The notes beneath the pieces were generated by a model. It worked only from the letters and a program-made list of their open reading frames with translations. It was not told the origin of the DNA and made no database searches. Source: an uncultured Chloroflexia bacterium (lineage in GTDB: Bacteria > Chloroflexota > Limnocylindria > Limnocylindrales > CSP1-4). Taken from it: a DNA stretch of 64,000 nt. The DNA lies in the NCBI GenBank assembly GCA_963720755.1, contig CAVRGP010000011.1, positions 512,001-576,000 on the forward strand. The letters run 5' to 3'. Shown in pieces: positions 1 through 10,249 of the stretch; positions within the stretch are counted from its first letter, which is position 1, and every line of letters starts with the position of its first letter. Position numbers and translations under genes: made by a program.

Positions 1-2
1 CC

Positions 3-248
3 GCGACCGCTCGACCGAGCACGCCGGCACCGAGCATCGAGGTCGCGCCGAGCGATGCGGTCCCGGCATCGGCCGCGCCCGCGACGCCCCGGCCGACGGC
101 CGCGACCCGGACGTACAAGGTCAAGAGCGGCGACACGCTGAGCGGCATCGCGGCCAAGTTCGGGACCACGGTGAAGGCCATCCGGAAGTTGAACGGGCTG
201 ACCAGCCAGTCGACCCTGAGACCCGGTCAGGTGCTGCAGATCCCCTGA
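3..248 (+). CDS. LysM peptidoglycan-binding domain protein, 5'-truncated by window edge
   Basis: Manual translation: Pro/Ala/Thr linker then [45 protein letters not shown], a canonical LysM; TGA at 246-248. Confidence 0.9.
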   Translation, partial: ATARPSTPAPSIEVAPSDAVPASAAPATPRPTAATRTYKVKSGDTLSGIAAKFGTTVKAIRKLNGLTSQSTLRPGQVLQIP

Positions 249-287
249 TCGCCGCGCGTCGCGACCCGCGACCGGTGTCGCCCGGCG

Positions 288-1172
288 TCAGTGTTGACAG
301 CCGCGGCAGAACGAGGTGATGAATCCGCCGGCCCGGACCTCGGTGATCCGAGTCCCGCAACGCGGGCATGGTTCGCCGCCCTTATCGTGGACAGCCAGGA
401 AGTCCCGGACCTGGCGTTCGAATGTCGGCGGGACCCTGGTCCGGAGCGTCGCGATCGCATCCACCAGCGTCTCGCGCATCGCGGCATACAGAGCGTCGAC
501 CTCCTCATCGGCCAGGCTGGATCGTTTCCGGAATGGCAGCAGGCTCGCGCGGTGCAGGATCTCGTCGCTGTAGGCGTTGCCGATGCCGGCGACGAACGCC
601 TGGTTGCGGAGCAGGTTCTTCAATTCGCCCGGGTGTCGACGGATGCGCTCGCGCCAGGAGTCGATGGTCAAGTCAGGATCGTCCGCATCGGGACCCTGGT
701 CGGGTGGGCCCAGACCGGGCACCGGCCGATCGACTCCTGCAGGACGCAGGTAGACCTTGCCCATCTGCGTCGGATCGCGATAGCGGACCTCCGGGCTGGC
801 GTCATCCGCCGGGAGCCACGAAGCGCCCTGCGTCCAGGGGGCCGATGGCTCGGCGTCATCCGCGCCTCGCCCGCGCGCACCGAAGCCAAGGACGACGGCC
901 GTCTTGGTCGGCCGGCGTTCGCTCTTCGCCGCCAGCTGGAAGCGACCCGTGAGCATCGGGTTCCACGCGACCGCATCCTGCTCAAGGGCCATCAGCAGGA
1001 ACTTGCCTCGACGCGTGATCGTGCCGACCCGTTGGCCGACGAGCGCATCCAACTCCGCCGGCGTCCCACGGACCGCGAGCGGACCCGGGGCATCGACCGT
1101 GTCGACGGGTCGACCGGAAAGAGCAGCCTGGAGCGCTTCGGCGACCACGGTCAGATCGGGCAATTCGGGCAC
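288..1172 (-). CDS. mutM: Fpg/Nei family DNA glycosylase/AP lyase
   Basis: N-terminal PELPD, RRGKFL, H2TH motif GIGNAYSDEIL, C-terminal zinc finger CPRC...CRGCQ. Confidence 0.85.
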   Translation of the reverse strand: MPELPDLTVVAEALQAALSGRPVDTVDAPGPLAVRGTPAELDALVGQRVGTITRRGKFLLMALEQDAVAWNPMLTGRFQLAAKSERRPTKTAVVLGFGARGRGADDAEPSAPWTQGASWLPADDASPEVRYRDPTQMGKVYLRPAGVDRPVPGLGPPDQGPDADDPDLTIDSWRERIRRHPGELKNLLRNQAFVAGIGNAYSDEILHRASLLPFRKRSSLADEEVDALYAAMRETLVDAIATLRTRVPPTFERQVRDFLAVHDKGGEPCPRCGTRITEVRAGGFITSFCRGCQH

Positions 1173-1181
1173 GGCCGGGCG

Positions 1182-1187
1182 ATTGTA
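1182..1187 (-). promoter_or_regulatory. -10 element (TACAAT) for the Fpg gene, very short leader
   Basis: TACAAT on minus strand, 9 nt upstream of the GTG start; no SD. Confidence 0.55.
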
Positions 1188-1203
1188 GCCGTCAGAAGTC
1201 GTG

Positions 1204-1212
1204 TGCTAGACT
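1204..1212 (+). promoter_or_regulatory. Extended -10 promoter (TGcTAGACT) for rpsA
   Basis: TGnTAnnnT match in the divergent intergenic region. Confidence 0.55.
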
Positions 1213-1388
1213 CTCCCGGCCCCAAGAGGCAGGACAGCTGAAGAGCGCTGGACAAGCCATCGACGCAGGAGGACCGGACCGCGGAGTAGAGAACCACGGA
1301 CCACCTGATCGCATCGGACTCGGCTTGAGCGTCGCTCGAGCCGATCGTGATTCTCGGGCGCAAATCCACCATAGGAGTGACTACCACC

Positions 1389-3872
1389 TTGACCGAAGAG
1401 CAGTCGGGCGGGACCGCGCCGGAGCCGGAAGCCACCGCATCCGTCGCCGACCAGGCGTCCGAAGAAACCGTCGCGGCGGTCGCCGTCGCTGACGAGCCCG
1501 CCACCAGTCCAGTCGATCCGGAGACCCCCGAGCCGGAGCGCATCCCGGAAGCGTCGAGCGATGAAGCGCCGGGCGATCCCGCCGTCGATGGGGCACCCGC
1601 GGATCCGGCTGAGCCCGTCGCGGCCGAAGCCGAACCAGTCGCGGCCGACGCCGCGCCGGATGCGCCCGATGCTGCGCCGGAGGCGCCCGATGCTGCGCCG
1701 GAGGCGCCCGCCGCCGCACCGGCCACGACGGAGACCGCCGCCGCCGCCGCTGCTGGCGACGATGGATCGGCCGAGGAGGCTCATCCGGAGCCCGCGCCCG
1801 CGCGCGACCTCGGACCCGAACCGACGACGATGGAGGAGCTCCTCGCCGAGCAGGATTCCGATATCAAGAGCTTCAAGCACGGCGACGTCGTCGAAGGCCA
1901 GGTGGTCCGGATCGACAAGGACGAGATCCTCGTCGACATCGGTGCCAAGAGCGAGGGCGTGGTCAGCAACCGGGAGCTGTTCGGTCGACACGGCGAAGGC
2001 CAACCGGAGCTCGCGATCGGCGATACGGTCCTGGTCTACGTTCTCCAGCCCGAATCGCCAGAGGGTCATGTCGTCCTGTCATTGCGCCGGGCCGGGCTTG
2101 AGCGCAAGTGGCGGGCGATGCAGGAGCAGTTCGAGGCGGGCGTCATCATCGAGGCGCCCGTCATCGACCACAACAAGGGCGGACTGATCGTCGATTGCGG
2201 AATCCGCGGTTTCGTCCCGATCAGCCAGATCGTCGACTTCCCGAGGCGTCCGCAGAACGACCAGCCGCGCGACGCCGCCCAGGAGATCGCCGAGAAGCTG
2301 ATGCCGTTCGTCGGCCGCAAGCTTCGACTCAAGATCCTCGAGGTGAACCGCAAGGCGAACCGACTCATCCTGTCCGAGAAGGTCGCCCTCTATGAGGAGC
2401 GCCGCGAGAAGCGGGATGAGCTGTTCAGCAGTCTGCAGGTCGGCCAGAAGGTGACCGGCACGGTCCGCTCGATCGCGCCGTTCGGCGTCTTCATCGACCT
2501 TGGCGGCATCGACGGGCTCGTGCACAAGAGCGAGTTGTCGTGGAACAAGGTCAACAACCCCGAAGCCGGCTACGAAGTCGGTGAGGAGGTCGAGGCCGAG
2601 GTCATCGACATCAATCACGAGCGCGGCCGGATCAGCCTGTCGATCCGGCGGCTGCAACCGGATCCGTGGCATTCGACCGTCGCCGACTTCAACGTCGGGG
2701 ACATCATCGACGGGACGGTCACCAAACTCGTCAACTTCGGCGCATTCGTGCGTGTCCGCGACGGGCTCGAAGGGCTCATCCACATCAGCGAGCTGTCGCA
2801 TCAACGCGTCGCCCACCCCGGTGATGTCGTCCATGAAGGCCAGTCGCTCAAGTTGAAGATCATCTCGCTCGACTCCGAGCGACATCGCCTTGGGCTGAGT
2901 CTCAAGCAGGCGGAGGAGCCGCCGGCCCGGCCGGCGGTCGAGGCGGGATCACCCGCCCCCGGTGCGCCACGGCCAGAGCGTCGTCCGCGGCCGGAACGCA
3001 GTTACTCGATGTCCGATGCGGTCCAGGAACCCGAGGGCGGGATCGATAACACCCTGGCCTCGGCCTTCGCCCAGGTCCGCCAGCAGCTTGCTGCCGCCGA
3101 GGTCGACGAGGTGGTCGCGACCGTCGCCGAGGACGAAGCGAACGAGGAAGCCGACGCGATCGATCGCGTCGATCAGGTCCTGACCAACGTCGCCGAGGAT
3201 GAGGCCATCGAGGAGGCCTTCGCCGCAAAGAAGATCGACGAGATCGGCGATGCGGTTGTGGAGGATGAGGCCGCCGAGGAAGCCATCCTGGCTGAGTCGG
3301 TCGAGACGATCGCCACCAACGTCGCCGAGGATGAGGCGATCGAGGAGGCCTTCGCCGCCAAGAAGATCGACGAGATCGTCGACACGGTCGCAAGCGACGA
3401 GGCGGCCCTGGAACAGGCCGCTGCAGCCGAGGTCGACCGCCTCGCTGACGTGGCCGCGGCCAACGACGACAACGCTGCGGCCGCGACCGAGGCCGAAGTG
3501 GACGTCGTCGAGACGGTCGCCGCCCTCGAGCAGGCTGAAGAGCAGGTCGCTGCGGCAGAGATCGAGACGATCGTCGAGACCGTCGCCGAAGACGAGGCAG
3601 CCGAAGAGGCGATCGCCGCCGAGACGATCGAGACGATGGTCGACAACGTTGCCCAGGACGAGGCGGTCGAGGAAGCCGTCGCGGCCGCCGAGGTCGACGA
3701 GGTCGTGGCGACCGTCGCCGAAGACGAGGCAGCCGAAGAGGCGATCGCCGCCGAGACCGTCGAGACGATCGCCGCCGAGGTGGCGGCCGACGAGATCGCC
3801 GAGGAAGCGGCCGCGGCGGAGACCGTGGAAGAGATCGCTCGCAAGACGATGGAGGCCAACACCGAGGGGTAA
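1389..3872 (+). CDS. rpsA: 30S ribosomal protein S1 (four S1 domains) with long acidic N- and C-terminal extensions
   Basis: S1 repeats ([53 protein letters not shown]); AGGAG at 1373-1377; start uncertain (TTG 1389 or GTG 1377). Confidence 0.9.
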   Translation: MTEEQSGGTAPEPEATASVADQASEETVAAVAVADEPATSPVDPETPEPERIPEASSDEAPGDPAVDGAPADPAEPVAAEAEPVAADAAPDAPDAAPEAPDAAPEAPAAAPATTETAAAAAAGDDGSAEEAHPEPAPARDLGPEPTTMEELLAEQDSDIKSFKHGDVVEGQVVRIDKDEILVDIGAKSEGVVSNRELFGRHGEGQPELAIGDTVLVYVLQPESPEGHVVLSLRRAGLERKWRAMQEQFEAGVIIEAPVIDHNKGGLIVDCGIRGFVPISQIVDFPRRPQNDQPRDAAQEIAEKLMPFVGRKLRLKILEVNRKANRLILSEKVALYEERREKRDELFSSLQVGQKVTGTVRSIAPFGVFIDLGGIDGLVHKSELSWNKVNNPEAGYEVGEEVEAEVIDINHERGRISLSIRRLQPDPWHSTVADFNVGDIIDGTVTKLVNFGAFVRVRDGLEGLIHISELSHQRVAHPGDVVHEGQSLKLKIISLDSERHRLGLSLKQAEEPPARPAVEAGSPAPGAPRPERRPRPERSYSMSDAVQEPEGGIDNTLASAFAQVRQQLAAAEVDEVVATVAEDEANEEADAIDRVDQVLTNVAEDEAIEEAFAAKKIDEIGDAVVEDEAAEEAILAESVETIATNVAEDEAIEEAFAAKKIDEIVDTVASDEAALEQAAAAEVDRLADVAAANDDNAAAATEAEVDVVETVAALEQAEEQVAAAEIETIVETVAEDEAAEEAIAAETIETMVDNVAQDEAVEEAVAAAEVDEVVATVAEDEAAEEAIAAETVETIAAEVAADEIAEEAAAAETVEEIARKTMEANTEG
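1653..1710 (+). repeat. 21-bp tandem repeat (about 2.8 copies) encoding [14 protein letters not shown]
   Basis: gcgccgga(t/g)gcgcccgatgct repeated at 1653, 1674, 1695. Confidence 0.85.
3123..3845 (+). repeat. Degenerate 66-bp (22-aa) coding repeat, about 11 units, in the rpsA 3' end
   Basis: Units start VAEDEA/VVEDEA/VASDEA/VAQDEA at 66-nt spacing (3123, 3189, 3255, 3321, 3387...); units at 3189 and 3321 nearly identical. Confidence 0.85.
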
Positions 3873-3962
3873 CCGCCCCTCGGCCGATCGACGACCCGCC
3901 GGTGTCCGGCGGGTCGTGTCGAATTCCTTACCCGTTCGCCAAGCCTTGGGTGACAGGCGGCG

Positions 3963-3971
3963 TGCTAGCAT
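3963..3971 (+). promoter_or_regulatory. Extended -10 promoter (TGcTAGCAT) for clpC
   Basis: TGnTAnnnT match 50 nt upstream of ATG 4022. Confidence 0.45.
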
Positions 3972-4021
3972 GGCCGGAGCGCCGCCAGACGGTGTCGGGA
4001 AGGGAACAGGCGTTCGACTCG

Positions 4022-6496
4022 ATGGATCGCTTCGACAAGTTCACGGATCGCGCGCGCAAGGTCCTGACCCTCGCGCAGGACGAAGCGCAGCGGTTCAACC
4101 ACAACTACATCGGCACGGAGCATCTCCTGCTGGGTCTCGTCCGGGAGGGCGAGGGTGTGGCTGCGCGCGTCCTTGAAAACATGAACGTCGAGTTGCCCAA
4201 GGTCCGGACGGCCGTGGAATTCATCATCGGCCGGGGTGACCGGCCGGTCGTCGGCGAGGTCGGGCTGACACCACGGGCCAAGCGGGTGATCGAGCTCGCG
4301 ATCGACGAGGCACGCCGCCTCGGCCACAACTACATCGGCACGGAGCACCTGCTCCTTGGCCTCGTCCGTGAGGGTGAGGGGATCGCCGCCGGTGTCCTGG
4401 AGTCGCTGGGCGTCAATCTCGACAAGGTCCGTCACGAGGTCATCCGGGTACTGTCGCAGAGCTCGTCCGCCGGCCCCACACCAGAGGCCAAGCGAGCCAG
4501 CAAGACGCCGACGGTGGACCAGCTCGGCATCAATCTCACCGACGCGGCCCGTGCAGGAAAGCTGGATCCCGTCATCGGCAGGGAGAAAGAGATCGAGCGG
4601 GTCATCCAGATCCTCTCGAGGCGCACCAAGAACAACCCGGCCCTCATCGGCGAGCCCGGCGTCGGCAAGACGGCCATCGCCGAGGGTCTCGCCCACAGGA
4701 TCGTCGCCGGCGACGTCCCGGAGACGCTGCTCAACAAGCGGGTCCTGACGCTCGACATCGGCTCGCTGGTGGCAGGGACCAAGTACCGCGGCGAGTTCGA
4801 GGAGCGACTCAAGAAGATCATCGAGGAGCTCCGCAACACGAACGACGCGGTCCTCTTCATCGACGAGCTCCACACGCTCGTCGGGGCTGGGGCAGCCGAG
4901 GGCGCCATCGACGCCGCCAACATCCTCAAGCCGCCGCTGGCCCGCGGCGAACTCCAGTGCATCGGCGCCACGACTCTCGACGAGTACCGCAAGTACATCG
5001 AGCGCGATGCCGCCCTCGAGCGACGGTTCCAGCCGGTCATGGTCGAAGAGCCCACGCTCGAGCAGACCGTCGATATCCTGCTGGGGATCCGTGCGCGCTA
5101 CGAGGAGCATCACAAGGTCACGATCACCGACGAAGCGGTCAAGGCCGCGGCCGATCTGTCGACCCGCTACATCACGGATCGGCACCTTCCGGACAAGGCG
5201 ATCGATCTCATCGACGAGGCTGCGTCACGCGTCCGCCTGCGTCACGCGTCGGCTCCGCCCGCCTTGCGCGAGGCGCAGAAGGAGTTGGAGCGCGTCACCA
5301 AGGAGAAGGACGCCGCGATCAACAACCAGGAGTATGAAGAGGCGGCCACCTTGCGCGAGGCGGAGGCGACGGCCCGGGAGAGCGTCGACACCCTCCGGGC
5401 CGAGTGGCAGGCGCAGGTTTCCGGTGAGCAGCCGACGGTCGGCGAGGAGGAGATCGCCCAGGTCGTCGCGATGTGGACCGGCATCCCGGTCACCCGGATC
5501 GCCCAGGAAGAGTCGGAACGACTGCTCAAGATGGAGGAAGTCCTCCACGGGCGGGTGATCGGCCAGGAGGAGGCGATCGGTATCGTCTCCAAGGCGGTCC
5601 GCCGCGCCCGGGCTGGCCTCAAGGATCCCAAGCGCCCGATCGGTTCGTTCATCTTCCTCGGTCCGACCGGCGTCGGGAAGACCGAGCTGGCCAAGGCCCT
5701 CGCCGAGTTCATGTTCGGCAGCGAAGACGCCCTGATCAAGATCGACATGAGCGAATTCATGGAACGGCACAACGTCAGCCGACTCGTCGGTGCCCCTCCG
5801 GGTTATGTCGGGTTCGACGAGGGCGGTCAGCTGACCGAGGCCGTCCGGCGGAAGAACTACTGCGTGGTGCTTCTCGACGAGGTCGAGAAGGCGCACCCGG
5901 AGGTCTTCAACATCCTCCTGCAGATCCTGGAGGACGGGCACCTCTCGGATGCCAAGGGTCGACGCGTCGACTTCCGCAACGCCATCATCATCATGACCTC
6001 GAACCTGGGAGCCAAGCAGCTCCAGACGAATTCGAGTCTCGGTTTCCGGGCGATGGGCTCGACCGATGCCAACCGCGCCGAGAGCTCGTACGAATTGATG
6101 CGTGAAAAGGTCGCGGCCGAGCTCAAGTCGAACTTCCGCCCCGAATTCCTCAACCGCATCGATGCGACCGTGGTCTTCCGCTCGTTGACGATCGAGGAGA
6201 TCGCCCAGATCGTCGACCTGATGCTGGCCCGCGTGCGCGACCAGCTTCGGGCGCAGGGCATGGCACTTGAAGTCACCCCGGCCGCCAAGGAGCACATCAT
6301 CAAGCTCGGCTATGACGTCGCCTACGGCGCGAGACCCCTCCGCCGGGTCATCCAGAACATGGTGGAAGACGTCCTGGCGGAGCATCTGCTCCTTGGAAAG
6401 TACGAGCCGGGCTCGACGATCATCGTCGATCGGGACCCGGACGCCGGTCTCGACATCCACCTCGCCGAGCCCCGGACGCCGGTCGAGGCCAGATGA
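4022..6496 (+). CDS. clpC: ATP-dependent Clp protease ATPase subunit ClpC
   Basis: Duplicated Clp_N ([13 protein letters not shown] x2), Walker A GEPGVGKT and GPTGVGKT, short UVR M-domain, LGF ClpP-binding loop. Confidence 0.95.
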   Translation: MDRFDKFTDRARKVLTLAQDEAQRFNHNYIGTEHLLLGLVREGEGVAARVLENMNVELPKVRTAVEFIIGRGDRPVVGEVGLTPRAKRVIELAIDEARRLGHNYIGTEHLLLGLVREGEGIAAGVLESLGVNLDKVRHEVIRVLSQSSSAGPTPEAKRASKTPTVDQLGINLTDAARAGKLDPVIGREKEIERVIQILSRRTKNNPALIGEPGVGKTAIAEGLAHRIVAGDVPETLLNKRVLTLDIGSLVAGTKYRGEFEERLKKIIEELRNTNDAVLFIDELHTLVGAGAAEGAIDAANILKPPLARGELQCIGATTLDEYRKYIERDAALERRFQPVMVEEPTLEQTVDILLGIRARYEEHHKVTITDEAVKAAADLSTRYITDRHLPDKAIDLIDEAASRVRLRHASAPPALREAQKELERVTKEKDAAINNQEYEEAATLREAEATARESVDTLRAEWQAQVSGEQPTVGEEEIAQVVAMWTGIPVTRIAQEESERLLKMEEVLHGRVIGQEEAIGIVSKAVRRARAGLKDPKRPIGSFIFLGPTGVGKTELAKALAEFMFGSEDALIKIDMSEFMERHNVSRLVGAPPGYVGFDEGGQLTEAVRRKNYCVVLLDEVEKAHPEVFNILLQILEDGHLSDAKGRRVDFRNAIIIMTSNLGAKQLQTNSSLGFRAMGSTDANRAESSYELMREKVAAELKSNFRPEFLNRIDATVVFRSLTIEEIAQIVDLMLARVRDQLRAQGMALEVTPAAKEHIIKLGYDVAYGARPLRRVIQNMVEDVLAEHLLLGKYEPGSTIIVDRDPDAGLDIHLAEPRTPVEAR

Positions 6497-6524
6497 TCCG
6501 CGCCGCCAGCCTCGTCGTCTAGCG

Positions 6525-7958
6525 ATGGCGCGGCCGAAGAGCCGCTTTGTCTGTCAGTCCTGCGCGGAGTCGTTCCTCCGTTGGGAAGGGCAGTGTCCGG
6601 CCTGCGGCCAATGGAATTCGCTTGTCGAGACCGTGGTCCGAGAACACTCGCGGAGCGAGCGCTTGGCCGGCCGGGCCGATCTGCCCGGTCTGATCGGACT
6701 CGGGTCGATCGCGGATGCGGACGTGCCGCGTCACCGATCCGGGATCGCCGAACTCGACCGCGTTCTTGGTGGCGGACTTGTACCCGGGTCGCTCATCCTC
6801 GTCGGTGGTGAGCCCGGGATCGGCAAGTCGACCCTGCTGCTCCAGGCGGCCGCAAGCCTGACCCATGGTCCCGATGGCCGTCTGCGCGTCCTGTACGCCA
6901 CCGGCGAGGAATCGCCGGGTCAGGTCCGGCTGCGGGCAGCCCGCCTCGACCTGCTCGACGGCACAGCGGCCGATGGCGTCCAGGTCCTCGCCGAACATGA
7001 CGTGAGCCGGATCGTCGAGGCCGCTCGGGCCACCAGGCCGGGCCTGGTCGTCGTGGACTCGATCCAGACGGCCACCGTCGATGAGCTCGACGGCGCGGCG
7101 GGCAGCGTCGGCCAGGTCCGCGAGGCGACCCTCAGGCTCATGGATCTGGCAAAGGGTGACGGCATCTCGGTGATCCTGGTCGGTCACGTGACCAAGGACG
7201 GTTCGATCGCTGGCCCGAAGACGCTGGAGCACCTCGTCGATGCGGTCATCAGCCTGGAGGGCGAACGCTACGCTGCGCTCCGACTGCTCCGGGCAACCAA
7301 GAACCGATACGGGTCGACCGATGAAGTCGGCGTGTTCGAGATGGCCGAGAACGGCCTCCGCGAGGTGGCCGACCCCGCGCGCGCATTCCTCACCGATTCC
7401 GACGGGTCCGCACCGGGCAGTGTCATCGCGCCGACGCTCGAAGGGAGCCGCCCGCTCCTGATCGAAGTCCAGGCGCTGGTCAGCCCGACCGGGTACGGCA
7501 ACCCGTCGCGGCGAGCGAGCGGCGTCGATCCGAACCGGTTGAACTTGTTGATCGCCGTGCTCGGGCGCCGGGCAGGCATCGCCCTCGGTGCGCACGATGT
7601 CTACGCGAACCTGGCGGGCGGCCTGTCCGTCGCCGAGCCTGCCATCGACCTTCCACTGGCCCTCGCCCTGGCCTCATCCGTGCGCGACCGGGCGATCCCA
7701 CGCGGCACGATCGCGATCGGGGAGGTCGGTCTGCTCGGGGAGCTTCGGAGCGTGGTCGGGCTCGAACGCCGGCTCCGCGAGGCGGCCCGGCTCGGGTTCG
7801 ATACCGCCATCGTCCCTGGCGTTCCCGGCGAGGCGGGACCGGGTCCGATCGAGGGTCTGGCCATCCGTCCAGCTCGGACGATCCGGGACGCGATCGAGAT
7901 CGGACTCGCCGATCGGCCGACCAGTCGTGGCGACGCGCTCCCGGCGATGCTAGGCTGA
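6525..7958 (+). CDS. radA: DNA repair protein RadA/Sms
   Basis: CQSC..CPAC zinc finger, GEPGIGKST, KNRYG motif, Lon-like C-terminus. Confidence 0.95.
   Translation: MARPKSRFVCQSCAESFLRWEGQCPACGQWNSLVETVVREHSRSERLAGRADLPGLIGLGSIADADVPRHRSGIAELDRVLGGGLVPGSLILVGGEPGIGKSTLLLQAAASLTHGPDGRLRVLYATGEESPGQVRLRAARLDLLDGTAADGVQVLAEHDVSRIVEAARATRPGLVVVDSIQTATVDELDGAAGSVGQVREATLRLMDLAKGDGISVILVGHVTKDGSIAGPKTLEHLVDAVISLEGERYAALRLLRATKNRYGSTDEVGVFEMAENGLREVADPARAFLTDSDGSAPGSVIAPTLEGSRPLLIEVQALVSPTGYGNPSRRASGVDPNRLNLLIAVLGRRAGIALGAHDVYANLAGGLSVAEPAIDLPLALALASSVRDRAIPRGTIAIGEVGLLGELRSVVGLERRLREAARLGFDTAIVPGVPGEAGPGPIEGLAIRPARTIRDAIEIGLADRPTSRGDALPAMLG
7948..7956 (+). promoter_or_regulatory. Possible extended -10 promoter (TGcTAGGCT) for the PIN/TRAM gene
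   Basis: TGnTAnnnT match overlapping the radA 3' end. Confidence 0.35.
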
Positions 7959-8012
7959 CCGTCCGTCAGGCTGCCACGAGAACGTGACGCCGGTCGTGTC
8001 CGAGGATTCCAG

Positions 8013-9065
8013 TTGATCCGCTATATCCGCCTCCTGGGCGCTGCGCTCGGGGCCGCTGTCGGGTTGGCCCTAGGCTCTTCCGGCCTGTTCGCGAGCAGCG
8101 CCTACGAGGGTGCCTTTTTGGCCGCCTGGGTCGTCGCCTGGATCGTCGTCGGGTTCGCCATCCTGCCGTACCTCACGATCGTGCCGGCGCAATGGTTGAT
8201 CAGGCAGGTCGAGGCGCTGTCGACCGCCGAGTTCGTCGCCGCGGTCATCGGTCTGCTCATCGGTCTCCTGATGGGCCTGCTCCTTGCCGTCCCGCTGTCG
8301 GGGCTGGCCGCTCCCTGGGGCCAATGGCTCCCGCTCGGCGTCTCGATCCTGTTCGGACTGGGGATGCTCGGTCTGACCGTGGCCAAGCGGAAGGACCTGC
8401 TCCTCGCGGCTCAGACGGTCGGACTCCTCCGTCAGGCAGGGACTGATCGCGCGGCGTCGGGCGCGGGCGACCCACGGATCGTCGTCGACACCAGCGCGAT
8501 CATCGACGGCCGGATCGCCGAGATCGTCGAATCGGGCTTCATCTACGGCACGCTCGTCATCCCACGGTTCGTGCTCGAGGAACTGCAGCACATCGCCGAC
8601 AGCTCGGATGCGCTCCGGCGGAACCGTGGTCGTCGCGGACTCGAGATCCTCAACCGGATGCAGAAGGAACCGGGGACGCCGGTCGAGATCGTCGAGGACG
8701 ACGTCCCCGGGATCCCCGAGGTGGATGCCAAGCTCGTCGCCCTTGCGATCGCCCGCAGCCGGGTCATCCTGACGAACGACTTCAATCTCAACCGGGTCGC
8801 CGAGCTGCAGGGTGTCCGGGTCATGAACATCAACTCGCTCGCCAACGCGGTGAAGCCGGCGGTGCTCCCGGGCGAGGAGCTCAAGGTCAGGGTCATCCAG
8901 GAGGGCAAGGAAGCGGGCCAGGGCGTCGGCTTCCTCGATGACGGCACGATGATCGTGATCGAGGGTGGTGCGCGCTACATCGACCGCGAACTCGACGTGT
9001 CGGTCACCCGGGTGCTGCAGACGGTGGCCGGCCGGATGATCTTCGCGCAGCCGCATCTCGATTGA
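8013..9065 (+). CDS. Membrane PIN/TRAM-domain protein (YacL family)
   Basis: Four hydrophobic N-terminal helices, [15 protein letters not shown] motif, [23 protein letters not shown] region; Bacillus-like position. Confidence 0.9.
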   Translation: MIRYIRLLGAALGAAVGLALGSSGLFASSAYEGAFLAAWVVAWIVVGFAILPYLTIVPAQWLIRQVEALSTAEFVAAVIGLLIGLLMGLLLAVPLSGLAAPWGQWLPLGVSILFGLGMLGLTVAKRKDLLLAAQTVGLLRQAGTDRAASGAGDPRIVVDTSAIIDGRIAEIVESGFIYGTLVIPRFVLEELQHIADSSDALRRNRGRRGLEILNRMQKEPGTPVEIVEDDVPGIPEVDAKLVALAIARSRVILTNDFNLNRVAELQGVRVMNINSLANAVKPAVLPGEELKVRVIQEGKEAGQGVGFLDDGTMIVIEGGARYIDRELDVSVTRVLQTVAGRMIFAQPHLD

Positions 9066-10249
9066 GCCCACTGGACGCTGCGCTCCGGGCGGACGCGATC
9101 GTCGTCGCGGCGGGCCGGTCGACCCGGATGGACGGCAACGACAAGCTCGCGGTCGAGGTCGGTGGGCGACCGCTCCTTGCCTGGACGCTCGACGCCGTCG
9201 CGGCCGCCACGGTCGTCGACCGGATCATCGTCGTGGCCCCGCCCGAACGGCGGGCCGCCGTCGCGGCCGCGGCCTGGTTGCCGGCCAAGGTCATCGATGT
9301 CGTGGACGGTGGCAGCCGTCGGCAGGAATCGGTCTTTGCCGGGTTCACGGCGTTCGACCGACACGAACCGGACGAGGCCGGCGTGGTCCTGGTCCATGAC
9401 GCGGCGCGGCCGATGATCGATCGGGCCGTGATCGAGGCGGTCGTCCGGGTCAGCGCGGAGCGAGGCGCGGCTGTGCCGATCGTGCCCATCGTCGAGACCC
9501 TCAAACGCCTCGACGGTGACCGAGTCGGCGAGACGGTCGATCGGACCCGATTCGGGGCGGCCCAGACGCCCCAGGGCGCTCGCCGTGACCTGTTCCGGAA
9601 GGCGTGGACCGCGTTCCGGGCGGATGGGCCGGAGACATTCACCGACGAGGCTGCTCTGCTCGAAGCCTGTAGCATTCCGGTCCATGTCGTCGCCGGTGAT
9701 CCAGGGAATCGCAAAGTGACCGTCCCAAGCGATCTGCGCACTGTCGCGGCCGCGCTGCTCGGCGTCGGGCCCACGCGGACCGGGATCGGCCATGACAGCC
9801 ACCCGTTCGGGCCGGGCGAGCCGCTCGTCCTCGGGGGGATCGAGATCGCCGGTGCGCCGGCGTTGGCCGGGCACTCCGACGGCGACGTCGTCCTCCACGC
9901 CGTGGCCGATGCCTTGCTCGGTGCCACGGGACTCGGCGACCTCGGGCGGCTCTTCCCGGCGGACGCGCGGACGCCCCGCGGGATCGCCGGTGCGTCGCTC
10001 ATCGAGGAGGTGCGCCGGCAGATCGCTCCCACCGGCTGGCGGCCGTCGACCATCGACCTCACCGTCGTCGCGGCGCGTCCGCGGCTCGGCGCCTACCTCG
10101 ATCCGATGCGCGATCGGATCGCTGCCCTGCTCGACCTCGATCCGGGGTCGGTGAACGTGAAGGCGTCGAGCGGCAATCTTGACGGCGCGGATGGCGGTGG
10201 CCGATCGATCTCGGCCCTGGTCATCGCCACCGTGGAGTCGACAGGATGA
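9062..10249 (+). CDS. ispDF: Bifunctional IspD/IspF (MEP pathway)
   Basis: [26 protein letters not shown] (IspD); [21 protein letters not shown] (IspF). Confidence 0.92.
   Translation: MSPLDAALRADAIVVAAGRSTRMDGNDKLAVEVGGRPLLAWTLDAVAAATVVDRIIVVAPPERRAAVAAAAWLPAKVIDVVDGGSRRQESVFAGFTAFDRHEPDEAGVVLVHDAARPMIDRAVIEAVVRVSAERGAAVPIVPIVETLKRLDGDRVGETVDRTRFGAAQTPQGARRDLFRKAWTAFRADGPETFTDEAALLEACSIPVHVVAGDPGNRKVTVPSDLRTVAAALLGVGPTRTGIGHDSHPFGPGEPLVLGGIEIAGAPALAGHSDGDVVLHAVADALLGATGLGDLGRLFPADARTPRGIAGASLIEEVRRQIAPTGWRPSTIDLTVVAARPRLGAYLDPMRDRIAALLDLDPGSVNVKASSGNLDGADGGGRSISALVIATVESTG

Noticed and set aside
3123-3845. Periodic repeats in the rpsA 3' end as a possible CRISPR array
   Set aside because: Degenerate, codon-phased 66-bp tandem units without unique spacers, and no cas genes
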